From positions 186,001 through 250,000 of the forward strand of contig CATNEN010000011.1 of assembly GCA_950097015.1 (NCBI GenBank): a DNA stretch of 64,000 nt, given 5' to 3'. The notes under the pieces are model-generated. The model did no database searches and had not been told where the DNA came from. It saw nothing but the letters and a program-made list of their open reading frames with translations. Each line of letters starts with the position of its first letter. Within the stretch, counting starts at the first letter, position 1. The stretch comes from Macrostomum hystrix (Eukaryota; Animalia; Platyhelminthes). This document shows, one piece after another, positions 22,501 through 33,200 of the stretch. A program made the translations under genes and the position numbers.

Positions 22501-25500
22501 ACCAGCCTCGAAATTCTCGGTCTGCAGAAAGACTCCCAGCAACAGAAATTGGAGAGCGAGCCGCACACCCAAAAACTACTCTCGACCGCCACCCGTCAAG
22601 CAGACGGTCGATTTTCGGTCGCGTTACCTTTCAAGAAACGAGCAGAACAGCTTCCTAGTAACTTTGGTCAAGCCTTCGGCCGCGCTCAAGTAACCCACAA
22701 TCGCCTTACACAAGAACAGCGGGAGAAGTATTACGCGGAATTCGAAAAAAGGAAGATCGAAGGAGTCCTTGAAATGGTCGACGAATCAAAATCAACATCC
22801 ATCATCCACGTCCTACCACATTTCCCAGTGATAAAGGAATTTTCCAATACTACAAAAATAAGACCAGTGGTTGACGCATCTGCTCCTACCTCGCTTGAAG
22901 GATGCTGCCTCAACGATTTACTGGAATCTGGTCCGAACATTCTTACCAACCTTTTGCAAGTTCAACTTCGACTTCGCCTCTATAAATTCGCCTTGATCGG
23001 GGACATCCAATCGGCATTTTACCAGATCCTCGTCCATCCTGAGCATAGAGATGCTCTACGCATCATATTGCCTAAGGACATCACTAAACCACTCACTCGG
23101 GAAAATTCGCAACTGTGGCGTTTCACACGGATCGTGATGGGTGCAAGTCCGTCACCATGGATTCTCTTGGCTGTGATTTACAAACTTTGCTCAGATGCTT
23201 GCACCGAGCTAGAATTTGGACTTAGCGCGAAAGAAACAGCATCGATTCCCGGAGGTCTGTACATGGACAATCTGGTTCAAGGCTACGACCTAGCAAGTGA
23301 TGGCCCACGTATCGTCGCTGGTCTTCGCAATCTCTTCAAGTCAGCATGCTTTCACTTGCGAGAATTTGCCTCCAACGACACGAGGGCTCTCCACGACCTG
23401 CCACATGCGGATAGAATCGCTGACGCAGTTGTCAAAAACCTCGGTATCGTGTGGGATACAGGCCAAGACACTGTCAGACTCGCAAAGCCGAGTTACATCG
23501 AAAGTCACGTTCTCACTCGGGCGAGCCTCCTAAGCAACATTAAAAAGCCCTACGACCCATTCGGATACGCAGCACCGATCCTACTCGCTGGCCGCCTTCT
23601 CTATAACAAGTCGTTTACCACAGGAGATAAGTGGGATAAGCCGGCAGATCAAACTACCATAAACGAATGGAATGATCTTCGAGAGGACTATGAGAATATT
23701 GACCAGATTGTCATGCACCGAAGATGCCTTACGGACCGTTTTCAACCCTGTCGCCTGGTTGTATTCAGTGATGGCTCTTCTAAAGCTTACGGGTTCGCCA
23801 TATACATCTATCAGTTCATTGACGGTCAAGCCACTACGGCCTTAATTTACGCCAAAGCACGCCTCGTACCAACGCATAAAAAAGGGCTGCTCATCACAAT
23901 TCCTCGGATTGAACTGTGGGCAGCCCTAATAGCCACTCGCGCCACAAAACTCATCCACAACATTTTATCGCCAATTGTCGATGTAATCAGCGTAACGCAC
24001 TATATCGACAGCCAGATTGTACTCTATTGGCTACGGCGCGACACTGGTCTCCGTCAATACGAGAAACATCGCATCCAAGAAATTAAAGATTCTTCACTTA
24101 CTGAGGACCATCGGTATGTTCCTACGTCAGAAAATCCAGCAGATCACTGCACAAAGCCTATGCGAATGTCCCAGTTACTTACCTCTAACTTACCTCTTAA
24201 CTAACTAACTTACCTCTTACTGGTCCTAAGTTCCTGCGTCGACCGTTCCACTTGTGGCACAACTGGAAGCCGCCAACTCCAGACGTCAGCGCCGTGAAAG
24301 ACACGGCTCCTCTGGAGAGTTCTGAAGTCACTTCTCTGGTCGTCTCAGCACGAGAAACGGCATCACCGCCCGGCAACATCGACATCCAACGGTTTAGCCA
24401 CCTTAGTAAGTTATTGGGTGTCACGTCCTATTTCATTCGATTCGCCACACGCGTCAAGGCCACCAGCACTCCTGACGCTAATGAACGGGACAAGGCCCTC
24501 CTGATATGGGTCAAACATACCCTACGGCGACACTACACGGACGCGATTACAGCTCTTTCTTCAAGCAAGCCAGAAAACTGTCAGCTCGTCCGGCAGCTTG
24601 CCCTGTCCCTCGATAAGGACGGACTCATTCGCCTAGGATCACGCATGGCCAATCCTGCGATGGACCCTGCCGCTCTTTATCCTCTCCTTCCGTCGGATTG
24701 CCACCTCACTCGGCTCCTCATTCTCCATTTTCACGAGCAAGGAGTACACTCCGCTGCCAACATCGTGCTAGCCAGTCTGCGAGAACACTTTTGGATAGTC
24801 AGAGGCTTCGCCACAGTACGCAGAGCACTTCGCCACTGCCTTGCCTGTCGGTTTGCCAAAGCCCCAACGATACCTTTACCACCTCACGGTCAAATGCCTC
24901 GAGAAAGATTGGAATTCTCGCAACCTGCATTCCACTCATTATTGATCGACCAGCTCGGACCGATCCACACTACAATTCAAAAGATAGGACAACAAACAAA
25001 CGTTGGGCTCTGATCATCTGCTGCGCCTCTAGTCGAGCTGTGCACATAGAAACCCTGAACGACTACTCTGCGGATGCAGTGCTAAAAGCGTTTGAACGGT
25101 TCTGGGCGCGTCGTGGTCTCACGGAAGGCACGATCTTCCTTGATCAAGCTACTGCCTTTCAAGCGACAGCCAAAATAATCAACTCATTACTAACTCCATC
25201 GTTCCATCTAAAGTTGTATCGCGATCTACAGCCTTTCGCAACCATAAAGCAACTAAGATTCAAATTCGCACCTGTTCGTGCACCCTGGCATCAAGGAGCG
25301 GTCGAACGATTTGTGTCTCAAGTGAAAGCTAGCCTTCGACCAGCACTCTGGCGACGTCGGATCAGCGACGACGAACTGCAAACACTACTCTGCCGAATCG
25401 AAGCACAACTAAATTCCCGTCCACTGACGCACCTCAGCAACGACCCGATGGACCCACGACCACTGTCTCCGGCCAGCATCGTATCTCCTAGCCCTCGACT

Positions 25501-28500
25501 AGATTTCCTACATAGTCCCAGCGACAGCATTCTTCCGCGTGCAGGCTCATCGTCTGCCGATCAGTTACGAGCTCTCTATCGAAGTAGAGAAACAATTCTA
25601 GACCATTTTTGGAATCGATGGCGCCGAGAATACGTGCAACATCTTCAGTCCGTTCATCTACAAGCCCGGAGACGATTCCACGGGGCCAGTTACCAACCCC
25701 AGACTGGAGGGATGTACCTTCTTGCAGACGCTACGCCTCGTGCCACTTGGAAAATTTGTCGAGTAATAGCCACCCATCCTGGTGCACAGGGTGTGATCCG
25801 ATACGTCACCATCCGAACTAGTACTGGCCAGGAGTCGAAGCGGTCTGTGACACATCTTGTACCACTAGAGGCGGACCTACCAGACCCGGACAGGAAGACC
25901 CAAGTTGAAAATAAATTCTATGCACCTCCCACGACCGAATCCGATCCTGACGAATCCAGTGAATTGTCGTCCCGCGCACTGAGAGCTCAGAGAAGACAGC
26001 GGGTTCGCGAGGCTCTTTTTAGTGAATGATGCCTTGAAGTTGTCTAACTCGTAAAATTTCCAAAACTAAAACTGACAACTAAGTTACCTTCAAGCTGCAG
26101 TTTACAATAACGCCATCTACCAAAAATGTTCTGCCTATTCACTTCTACCAAAATGTTTATCTGTTCACTTTGTGCGCCCCCCCAATCTGTCGGATTCCCA
26201 CCCGACACTTGACATTTCATTTAAATCTGCTGTTGTAATTAATAAGCTCTAACTAAATTTCATCTCAGTTACAAACTATTTTATCTATGGTAATTTAGAC
26301 AGGCCCAACGTAGCCCAAGTGACTTATTGAAAATACACAACAATAATTTGCTTCTTCGTTATCTATCTTCAACTGACCTAACTTTGAAATAATTGTCACA
26401 AACGAAAAATGTCACTGAGGGTAAAACAGACCAACTAACAATCGCAGATGAACGAAACTGTATCAATCAACAACATAGTGTCCCCCAATATCAATCACCC
26501 TCTAGCAGTGCTCGTACAGCTTCTCTACCTCAGCCTGCAGGTGTTTTTCCTCCAGCTGTCGGAACCAGTGCAACGCGGCTTCTTTGACCTCATCATGGTT
26601 TGCGAAACTTCTCTGAGAAAAGTCTGCCTTCAGCCATTTAAAGAGAAACCTGTCGCACAAGTTGAAGTCTGGGCTGTAGGGACTCTGCCAGAGCAGATTT
26701 ACTCGCCGTCCAGCCAGAAAATCCGAAACAGCCTGACAGGTGTGGGGCCGTGCGTTGTCCATCTGCCACAGAACTTCGTTCAGGTGAATCGGGTTTGACC
26801 GGAGCGTGCGCCAGAGGTTCCCAGTGTGTCGGACAAAGTCGATGAAGTACTGGCCATCGACCTTGGTGTTTGGCGGAGTTGTACAGATGGAGACTCGTTT
26901 GTTTGGCGTGAATGCCACCAGCAGCATGGTCTTCTTGTCTGAGATAGACCTCCTGGTCACAGTCAGCCTGGAGTCCCCAGCTCCCAGCCAGCAGCGATTG
27001 TCTGCCTTGCTGCTTTTGCCATCCAGGTGGAGCCAGGTCTCATCCTCAACAACCAGGCAGTTTAGGATGTCATCCAAGCCCCGGCTGCTGAACACCTTGC
27101 GGATCTGATTGGCGCAGTTCACACGGGCCTGACGTTGGTCCGCAGTGAGGTCATGGGGCACCCAGACCGAGCAGACGTTTCGGAGATGGAGATCCTCTGT
27201 CAAGATGCGATGGACTGTCTTGAAATCAATCTCCAAGCAGTCCGCTAGCTCCCTGACAGACTGCCGCGGGTCTTCCTTGACCAGGTCGCTGATGACTTCG
27301 ATGTTCTCTATTGTCCTGGTTGAGCATGGTCGTCCAGATCTGGCGGCATCTCCCAATTCGAACCCAGGATCAGTAAAGTTCTGAAACCACCTGTAAATTG
27401 TCCTGCGAGTTGGGCAGTTGTCTGGCAGTGTGTTCCGGAGATCCTCCTCTACTTTAAGTGCAGATTTTCCAAGCTTGAAGCGAATGAAAGCGTAGAACTG
27501 GATGTGCGTCTTGTCGTGATTCATGTTGAGTTTTGCTCGTTGCAAAAAGAAGATTTCATCGCGTTGCGCTTGCTAAATCTGATTAACGAATTCTTGCGAC
27601 AGTTTTGGCCATAGACATTAAAATTGCTGCTCAGGTGTGGTGGCAACTTCTCAATAAATGTACTTTCAGAATATAATATATTTGGATGATTATTGCTTTG
27701 GGTTCCCGCACAACAACCACAGTGACATTACTTATGACACACCCGTAGTATCTACATGTATCTACATGTATATACGATCCAGCGTCTATATACGACATCT
27801 GAAGTTGCGTAAATCGATTTGAACTAACCTGTCTCATCGATTTAAATAACGCTGTCATTTGGTCTCCATAATTCAGGTCCCCATCTCAGCCCTGAATTTT
27901 CATGTCACATTCTTCTGGTCCTCGCTTCAGTCGTCAATGTCATTTTTCATATTCTTTTGGTCCTGACTTAAGGACCAAAGTTAAACTCAATCAACAGTTA
28001 AGCGAACAGGTTTTATCTTTGCAAGACAATGATTTTCGAAGCCTACCAGCCACTGTCCAGTACTTTAAAATATGCCCACACAAACCAGGTACCTTAACCT
28101 TGACGAGACGGTCATGCGAATGACAGCTGACGCCAGCGAAGGCAGCACTCTGGAAGCGAGCTTCGAAGTGCTGCACAAATCCGAAGCCGTCCTGAAAGAA
28201 ATTGTTCACCGGCAGTTCGACTCAGCGATGCAGCGCCAGGACCGAGCGTCTATTGAGCGCTTCTTTAAGATTTTTCCCCTGCTTAACTTGCACCAGGCCG
28301 GTTTAGAGAAGCTTGGCGGCTATCTCGGCGGCTGCCTGCGCGAGCAGTGCGAGAAGGCCCGGATTGCTGCTGCCTCAGGTGGCCAAGACGGCGCCTGGGC
28401 TGCGCAGCAACTACTTCAGCTGTACGAGGCTGTGGCAGCTAGTGTTGAAGTTCACCAGCCTCTGGTGGAGACATTCTACGGCCCGGGCCACCTATTTGGC

Positions 28501-31179
28501 CTGCTTCAGGTTCGGTCAAGGCTTTTGCTCGCTGAGTGTTTTTTACTATCATTATTTCCTTCTTTTTTTCTTTGTCTTGTCTTTGTCTTAGAACATCTTT
28601 CTTTGTCATCCGCAACCCCAAACTATTTTTATCCCCAGGCTTTAGGACATTATTGTCTTTCTTTCTTCTCGAGCCTGTCAGCTAGGATAATCTTCTGCTG
28701 TTCCCAAGCCTATCAGCTAGGATAATATTTTGCTGTTCCAAAGCCTTTCAGCTAGGATAATCTTCTGCGTTCCCAAGCCTTTCAGCTAGGATAATCTTCT
28801 GCGTTCCCAAGCCTTTCAGCTAGGATAATCTTCTGCCGTTCCCAACCCTTTCAGCTAGGATAATCTTCTGCCGTTCCCCAGCCTTTCAGCTAGGATAATC
28901 TTCTGCCGTTCCCCAGCCTTTCAGCTAGGATAATCTTCTGCGTTTCCAAGCCTGTCAGCTTGGATAATCTTCCGCTGTTCCCGAGCCTTTCAGCTAGAAT
29001 AATCTTCCGCTGTTCCCGAGCCTTTCAGCTAGCATTGCCTTCCTCAACCATTCGGCAAGGAAAGGTTGGCCCCTGAGCCTTTGTAGTAAAAAACACTGGC
29101 ACTGTTGTATATACCTCGCCAGGTGTTGCAGAATGAGGTGGATGCACAGGCGAAGCGCATTGTGGATCGGTTTCGCGCATCCCGCGATCTGGACAACCGG
29201 GTGCGAATCGCTCGCTCAGCTGCCAGCCGGCACCAGCAGATGCAGCAGCAGTATCAGCCAGGTCAGGGACAGGCTCAGCAGCTCTACCAAGCCCAGTACC
29301 AGCAGCAGCAGGTTTGATTCTGATAAATCCACGCGTATGTACAAAAGCCTATCTATCAAATCGGAGTGTAGAATACAATTTTTGCAAATGCTTTTTAATT
29401 GCTTCACTTAGGGTCAGCAGCTTGATGCCAAGCAGTTAGACGCTGTGCTCTCTGAGCTTGCTGTGCTGAGCTCTCGCACCGAGCTCTACCTCAGATTTGT
29501 GTCTAGAAGATGTCTCGCTGATTGGGCTGCTGCCGATAGCAAAGGCAGAGGAGGAAGTGGCGGTGGCAGCGGCGAAAGCAGCTCACCTGAGCAGCTGAGG
29601 CAGCGACGGTTGGATGATTTTTTAGACAAGTGTGCCGTGACAAGGTGCATTCAGGTAAGACAGAAATCGACAAAATATCAGTGTTTAGCAGAAGGGTTAG
29701 GTGCATATCAATGACTAGCGGATGGGTCAGGAGGAAGTTTAGTGATTGGTGGAGGGGTCAGGAGGAAGTTCAGTGACTGACGGAGGGGTCAGGAGGAAGT
29801 TTAGTGATTGGCACAATGTTCAGAGGAATTCCACTGATTGGCATGAGTGTAGGAAAGCAATTATATTTTATGATAACTCAGATGAAGATGACTGTGATTA
29901 ACAGGAGTGTCTATATATATATATATATATAGTACTAACAGATTTGGCAAGAACCATTGATTGGCAGATAGTTAAGCGATGCGGTTTATAATGTGCTACC
30001 TTTTGAATCCCATATCTCCATTCCGACATTGGAAACTTTTTTCACAGAAACTCGTAGATGAATACTGTCTACTCGAGGAGCACTTTATGCGAGAGATGCT
30101 AGCGAAAGCCGCGGCCCTGGACAGTGGAAGCGGAGGCCCTACCGACACCCGCCTAGCAGATGACGCTTTCTTTATACTGAAGAAATGCCTCCGTCGTGCT
30201 GTATCAACAGGAAGCACTGATGCCACATGTGCAGCTCTGAATCGAGCAGCTGACGTGGCTGAAGCTCAGTTGGTCGGAGCGCTGCGCTCTCGGCTGGGCC
30301 GCGGATTCCCCTCAGGGTGGGTGCAGGACGCATTCGGGTCCAAGGCTAGCGTAGAGGAGTCACGTCAGGCCTACCTAGCAGCTTTGAACTGCGCCGAAGC
30401 ATGCCGTGGCAACCTGCGCGATCTGCGTCGCTTACTGGAAGCCGACACCACAGCTGCTGGCCGTCGGGACCGGGAGAAGCTGCACAGCTGCCTCCAGGCA
30501 ATGGACACCGGCCTGGGCGACGCTCTGGCTGCCATCGTTCACACCGGCGTCGAGTGCCTGACGGAGTCGTCGCTGAGGCCTCAAGTAAGAAAACATGTCA
30601 GAAAGCCTTATGTGCATGCTGGATTGAATTTCGCTTAGGGAGCAGGCTATCCTTCTAGCCAGCTAAGCTACATTATACCCGCAGGTAAAGCAAATCCTGG
30701 CGCCTCTATCCAATGTAAGTCACGTGATCACTGAGGAGGAGCTGCTGGCCTACGAGGCTAGCGATCCCTGGGTGGAGGCGGCCTGTCTTCGCATCGGTCA
30801 GCTGGCCGACGGCTTCCAGCGCTGCCTTCTGCCACCGCTGTTCGACGCCCTGCTGCAATCGTTGGCTGGCGAGCTCGTTGCCCGAGCCGAGAAGCTTATC
30901 GCCCGAATGCAGTTTAATAGGCTGGGCGGCCTGCAGCTTGACCGGGAGGTCCGCTGCCTCGCGGCCTGTCTGAGTGCCAGGGCGGCTTGGAGTGTGCGCG
31001 ACAGACTGGCCCGCCTAAGCCAGACAGCCATGCTTCTGGGGCTGGAGAGCCTGGATGAGCTGGCCGCCTGCTGGTCAGACTCTGTCATGGCCTGGCGCTT
31101 GACACCCGCTGAGGTGCGCCAAATCCTGGCGCTCAGGGTCGACTTTCGGCAGGAGGATGTCCGGCGGCTGAGGCTGTGA
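19590..31179 (+). CDS. COG4: Conserved oligomeric Golgi complex subunit 4
   Basis: Exons 19590-19999, 28089-28509, 29123-29311, 29412-29654, 30048-30584, 30685-31179 in phase. KVRQLDCAKSRV, EDFEIAAAHIHR, ERFFKIFPLL, RTELYLRF, DDAFFILKKC, FNRLGGLQLDREVR and terminal LRVDFRQEDVRRLRL match COG4. Confidence 0.95.
20392..24204 (+). CDS. BEL/Pao gag-pro-RT-RNaseH polyprotein, interrupted at its 3' end
   Basis: Gag FDGEDIASFPAFWNSF, Zn knuckles CAYC..H..HC and CFNCLRDH..C..C..C..HH, protease ALIDGG, RT YMDN, RNaseH VFSDGS, TIPRIELWAAL. Confidence 0.93.
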   Translation: MVKTRGILSTSKRLTATSSKSTRNTGLDHNSRSNPDSDPNVRHAHRPETTSASVVFTPFVQNPATQTPSLTTHHTASTIDINTLISSMTAMMQQNQQLIQQLAANNTPASATASRPASLLTDTVLIKVHLQSFDGEDIASFPAFWNSFNHRINQVGYSEVDKFEALRGLLTGNALRKLAGLDACQPGAFQEACRILQINYGDVQEQKSACYKRLLSMQRLPEPEFHSLEEFTDALRLTIGQLNRLNEPTAAIDAYTYAVWPNLPSVLQSEIQEARIKASKNPMPTMSELQEHLDIKLRTIRAVAMNKNPVDIPYAGASLVNSAYSSQPVGNKTSFSAEERTRRRRIGVNKLSSYPSGHKEITCAYCDGSDHSALHCHRITEPTDRLNTIRRKRLCFNCLRDHNARDCQSSRRCQKCKGKHHSSIHGANSTQDDTREKNKPIHQYTGRHTTASSHLNVTTTPAAADSIAQTKDVSKSDALNTVSCVSSTQEGHLNPTVMATFSAPAFNRKSGASTRISALIDGGCSYTYLRSDIAKQLGLHPLRKLTLESSACHATARRVISAELVQLELATSDGRRMPLNVLSIDKIAPAIHLKAVQLPLDIRATLAHLPHGVANSPPKEDTELDLDLLIGKDYAQLLIGPSVGAIPLRPTFTAHLTPFGAILTGSLSATTNSNCLLNAGRVTCTSLFSHAQADNMETIVERMTSLEILGLQKDSQQQKLESEPHTQKLLSTATRQADGRFSVALPFKKRAEQLPSNFGQAFGRAQVTHNRLTQEQREKYYAEFEKRKIEGVLEMVDESKSTSIIHVLPHFPVIKEFSNTTKIRPVVDASAPTSLEGCCLNDLLESGPNILTNLLQVQLRLRLYKFALIGDIQSAFYQILVHPEHRDALRIILPKDITKPLTRENSQLWRFTRIVMGASPSPWILLAVIYKLCSDACTELEFGLSAKETASIPGGLYMDNLVQGYDLASDGPRIVAGLRNLFKSACFHLREFASNDTRALHDLPHADRIADAVVKNLGIVWDTGQDTVRLAKPSYIESHVLTRASLLSNIKKPYDPFGYAAPILLAGRLLYNKSFTTGDKWDKPADQTTINEWNDLREDYENIDQIVMHRRCLTDRFQPCRLVVFSDGSSKAYGFAIYIYQFIDGQATTALIYAKARLVPTHKKGLLITIPRIELWAALIATRATKLIHNILSPIVDVISVTHYIDSQIVLYWLRRDTGLRQYEKHRIQEIKDSSLTEDHRYVPTSENPADHCTKPMRMSQLLTSNLPLN
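24219..26029 (+). pseudogene. BEL/Pao integrase region with frameshifts
   Basis: GPKFL, HHCC zinc motif (H..GVH..C..C), D..GP, RAVHIE, DQATAF, APWHQGAVER; split across two frames at ~24970. Confidence 0.88.
26502..27524 (-). CDS. Mariner transposase (DD34D) with premature stop 12 codons before the natural end
   Basis: WVPHDLT, EDETW, MDNARPH-34aa-D (YSPDFNLCD); after the TAG the frame continues RVIDIGGHYVVD*. Confidence 0.92.
   Translation of the reverse strand: MNHDKTHIQFYAFIRFKLGKSALKVEEDLRNTLPDNCPTRRTIYRWFQNFTDPGFELGDAARSGRPCSTRTIENIEVISDLVKEDPRQSVRELADCLEIDFKTVHRILTEDLHLRNVCSVWVPHDLTADQRQARVNCANQIRKVFSSRGLDDILNCLVVEDETWLHLDGKSSKADNRCWLGAGDSRLTVTRRSISDKKTMLLVAFTPNKRVSICTTPPNTKVDGQYFIDFVRHTGNLWRTLRSNPIHLNEVLWQMDNARPHTCQAVSDFLAGRRVNLLWQSPYSPDFNLCDRFLFKWLKADFSQRSFANHDEVKEAALHWFRQLEEKHLQAEVEKLYEHC
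28671..29032 (+). repeat. ~34-bp minisatellite, ~10 copies, COG4 intron 2
   Basis: AGCCTTTCAGCTAGGATAATCTTCTGCGTTCCCA units in direct tandem, no spacers. Confidence 0.9.
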
Positions 31180-32545
31180 GCGTCTGTTAATGCTCTGAGT
31201 GGAGCGTTGGTTGCGTGCCGCTCCCAAATCTTAATAGATCAGACAGTCGCGCCCGGATCCTTTAACGCAAGCCCCAAGATTTCACAACTTAAATTACGAG
31301 ATCGTATATCGTGGCTTTAATTCCTGTCGCAAGCCCTAGACCTTCGCGGCAGGCACCTATCGCACTTGTCCAGACTATTTTAAGACAGAGATATTGATTA
31401 GAACAAACGCGATTGTTATATGTGCATTCCTGATTTCTTAAATAGTGTTACTTCTCAGTGCAGTGGCTGTCTACACACTAGCGTGTTTTGTTTTGCTCAC
31501 TACTTGTTTGTGTCGGTAATGCACAAGTACAAGTAGTATAATATGTATTTGTCCATATCAGTGTTTTGCTCACAGCTTATGGGAATAAAATGCGTGATTC
31601 CCATTTAAAGTGACATTATTATTGGTGCGAGTCGAAATCCATGAAACGCATGCTAATCTTAGTCCCGATGTGAGCGGTTTGTCACTGGTGCGTTGGTGTC
31701 GCACATTCCTTATTTGGTAAATTTTCAGTTTCTTTGCCTACATTCATTTATCTGTCTGTTTAGACGCGTTTGCGTCAAACCGGAACACTGCTTTATTAAT
31801 TCGGTGTGTGAATTGGAAGTTGGACATCAGTTTGCAGCTGTACTGTACGGTCTTGTAAAATATATGCCTCACCTTTTAAAATCGTGGCAAAGAGCGCAGC
31901 TCATTGTTGAATTCAGAATAATTTTGCTACTTCGCTTTCCGTATTTGGCTTTCCTAATTCCGCTTTTGTCTCATTTGCTAAATCAGCATTTTCCACGTTC
32001 GACTGAGTCTGTTTAATTATGCATAGCCTGGAAATTAGGTCTCAGGCTGTGCCGCCACCTATTTGTTAATTAGCCCCTTGACATGCTCCAGTGGCTGCTG
32101 CCTCGGGTACCAAGGACGATTTAGGCAGTCGTCGAGTAGACAGTGCATTGAAAGGAGTTATTCACCATTACTGACGTAAGCAGAGCTGTGAAAGCCAATC
32201 TGCATTCTTTCCTGCTTCATTTCTACTTTGTGGACAAGGGGGCGAGCACACAACCTTTATCTTTTTATAAGTGCTTCTTCGTCTCATATAGTCGCTCACT
32301 CACCTTGCGGAGTAACCAGTTAGCACGGTTGCTAAATCCAGAGTAATGGAATTAGTTAATAAAGGATAAATGTAATCGATTTATTGTCTAGCCTTTGATG
32401 AGAGAATCGATTAGATTGATAGTTTAGCCATTCATGAGAAAATAAATTAGATGGATAGTCTAGCCTTTGATGAGAGAATGGATTAGATTGATAGTCTAGC
32501 TGTTGATGAGAGAATGGATTAGATGAGTCTCGCGATTGATTAGAG

Positions 32546-32915
32546 CAGGGACAGGCAAACTTATTTGCTGGCGGGCCAAAGAGAGAACCTAAAAGACGAC
32601 AACGGGCCGCATTGACTGTATAAATATGAGATAGGGGAGAGATGAGACACGGGAGAGATTAGACACGGAAGAGATGAGACAGGGAGAGATGAGACACGGG
32701 AGAGATGAGACTCAGGAAAGATGGGACATGAGAGAGATGAGACACGGGAGAGATAAGACAGGGGAGAGATTAGACACGGGAGAGATAAGACACGGGAGAG
32801 ATTAGACACGAGATAGATGAAACAAGACACTGCAGATGTCAGAAGGGGCAACGGGCCGGATTTGGGAGCTTCGAGGGCCGCATCTGGCCAGCGGGCCGGA
32901 GTTTGCCGACCCCTG
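32546..32915. mobile_element. hAT-type MITE with internal GA-rich minisatellite
   Basis: CAGGGACAGGCAAACT...AGTTTGCCGACCCCTG TIRs; 8-bp TSD GATTAGAG on both sides. Confidence 0.85.
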
Positions 32916-33200
32916 GATTAGAGAATGGATTTGCTAACGATTTAGTTAAAATTTAGCTTTTAACTCGAAAATTTATGCGTTTTTTCTGCGAGACATTTGA
33001 TGCGTACTACTCGAAAGTCAAAGACCAGTACTTTGTATTGCGCATTCGCAAAAAGAAATTTCAGTCTTATTTCCTTACTCTATCCTGATTGGCTAGAAAA
33101 CTGGCTCAGTTAGTAAAAAAGTAAATGCATATAGGAGGAAAGGTGGAAAGGGCCCGAGAGACAGTGGAGCACTGCGTGAGAAGGCCAGCAAGAATTCGAA

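Larger units (their letters stand above)
20135..26407 (+). mobile_element. BEL/Pao LTR retrotransposon, full length, recently inserted
   Basis: LTRs 20135-20350 and 26188-26407 (TGTCG...CGACA; differ by 2 substitutions and a 4-bp indel); 5-bp TSD AATGT; PBS TGGTAGCAGAG at 20355, complementary to the 3' end of animal initiator tRNA-Met. Confidence 0.95.
20114..27745 (-). mobile_element. DD34D mariner (~1.35 kb once the nested LTR element is removed) in COG4 intron 1
   Basis: 26-bp TIR CGGGTGTGTCATAAGTAATGTCACTG: right copy intact at 27720-27745 followed by TA; left copy split into 20114-20134 and 26413-26417. Confidence 0.9.

Noticed and set aside
20238-26108. Antisense and off-frame ORFs over the BEL element
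   Set aside because: Shadows of the retrotransposon coding sequence.
28671-29032. CRISPR-like appearance of the ~34-bp repeats
   Set aside because: Units are contiguous with no unique spacers, lie in a eukaryotic intron, and no cas genes are present.
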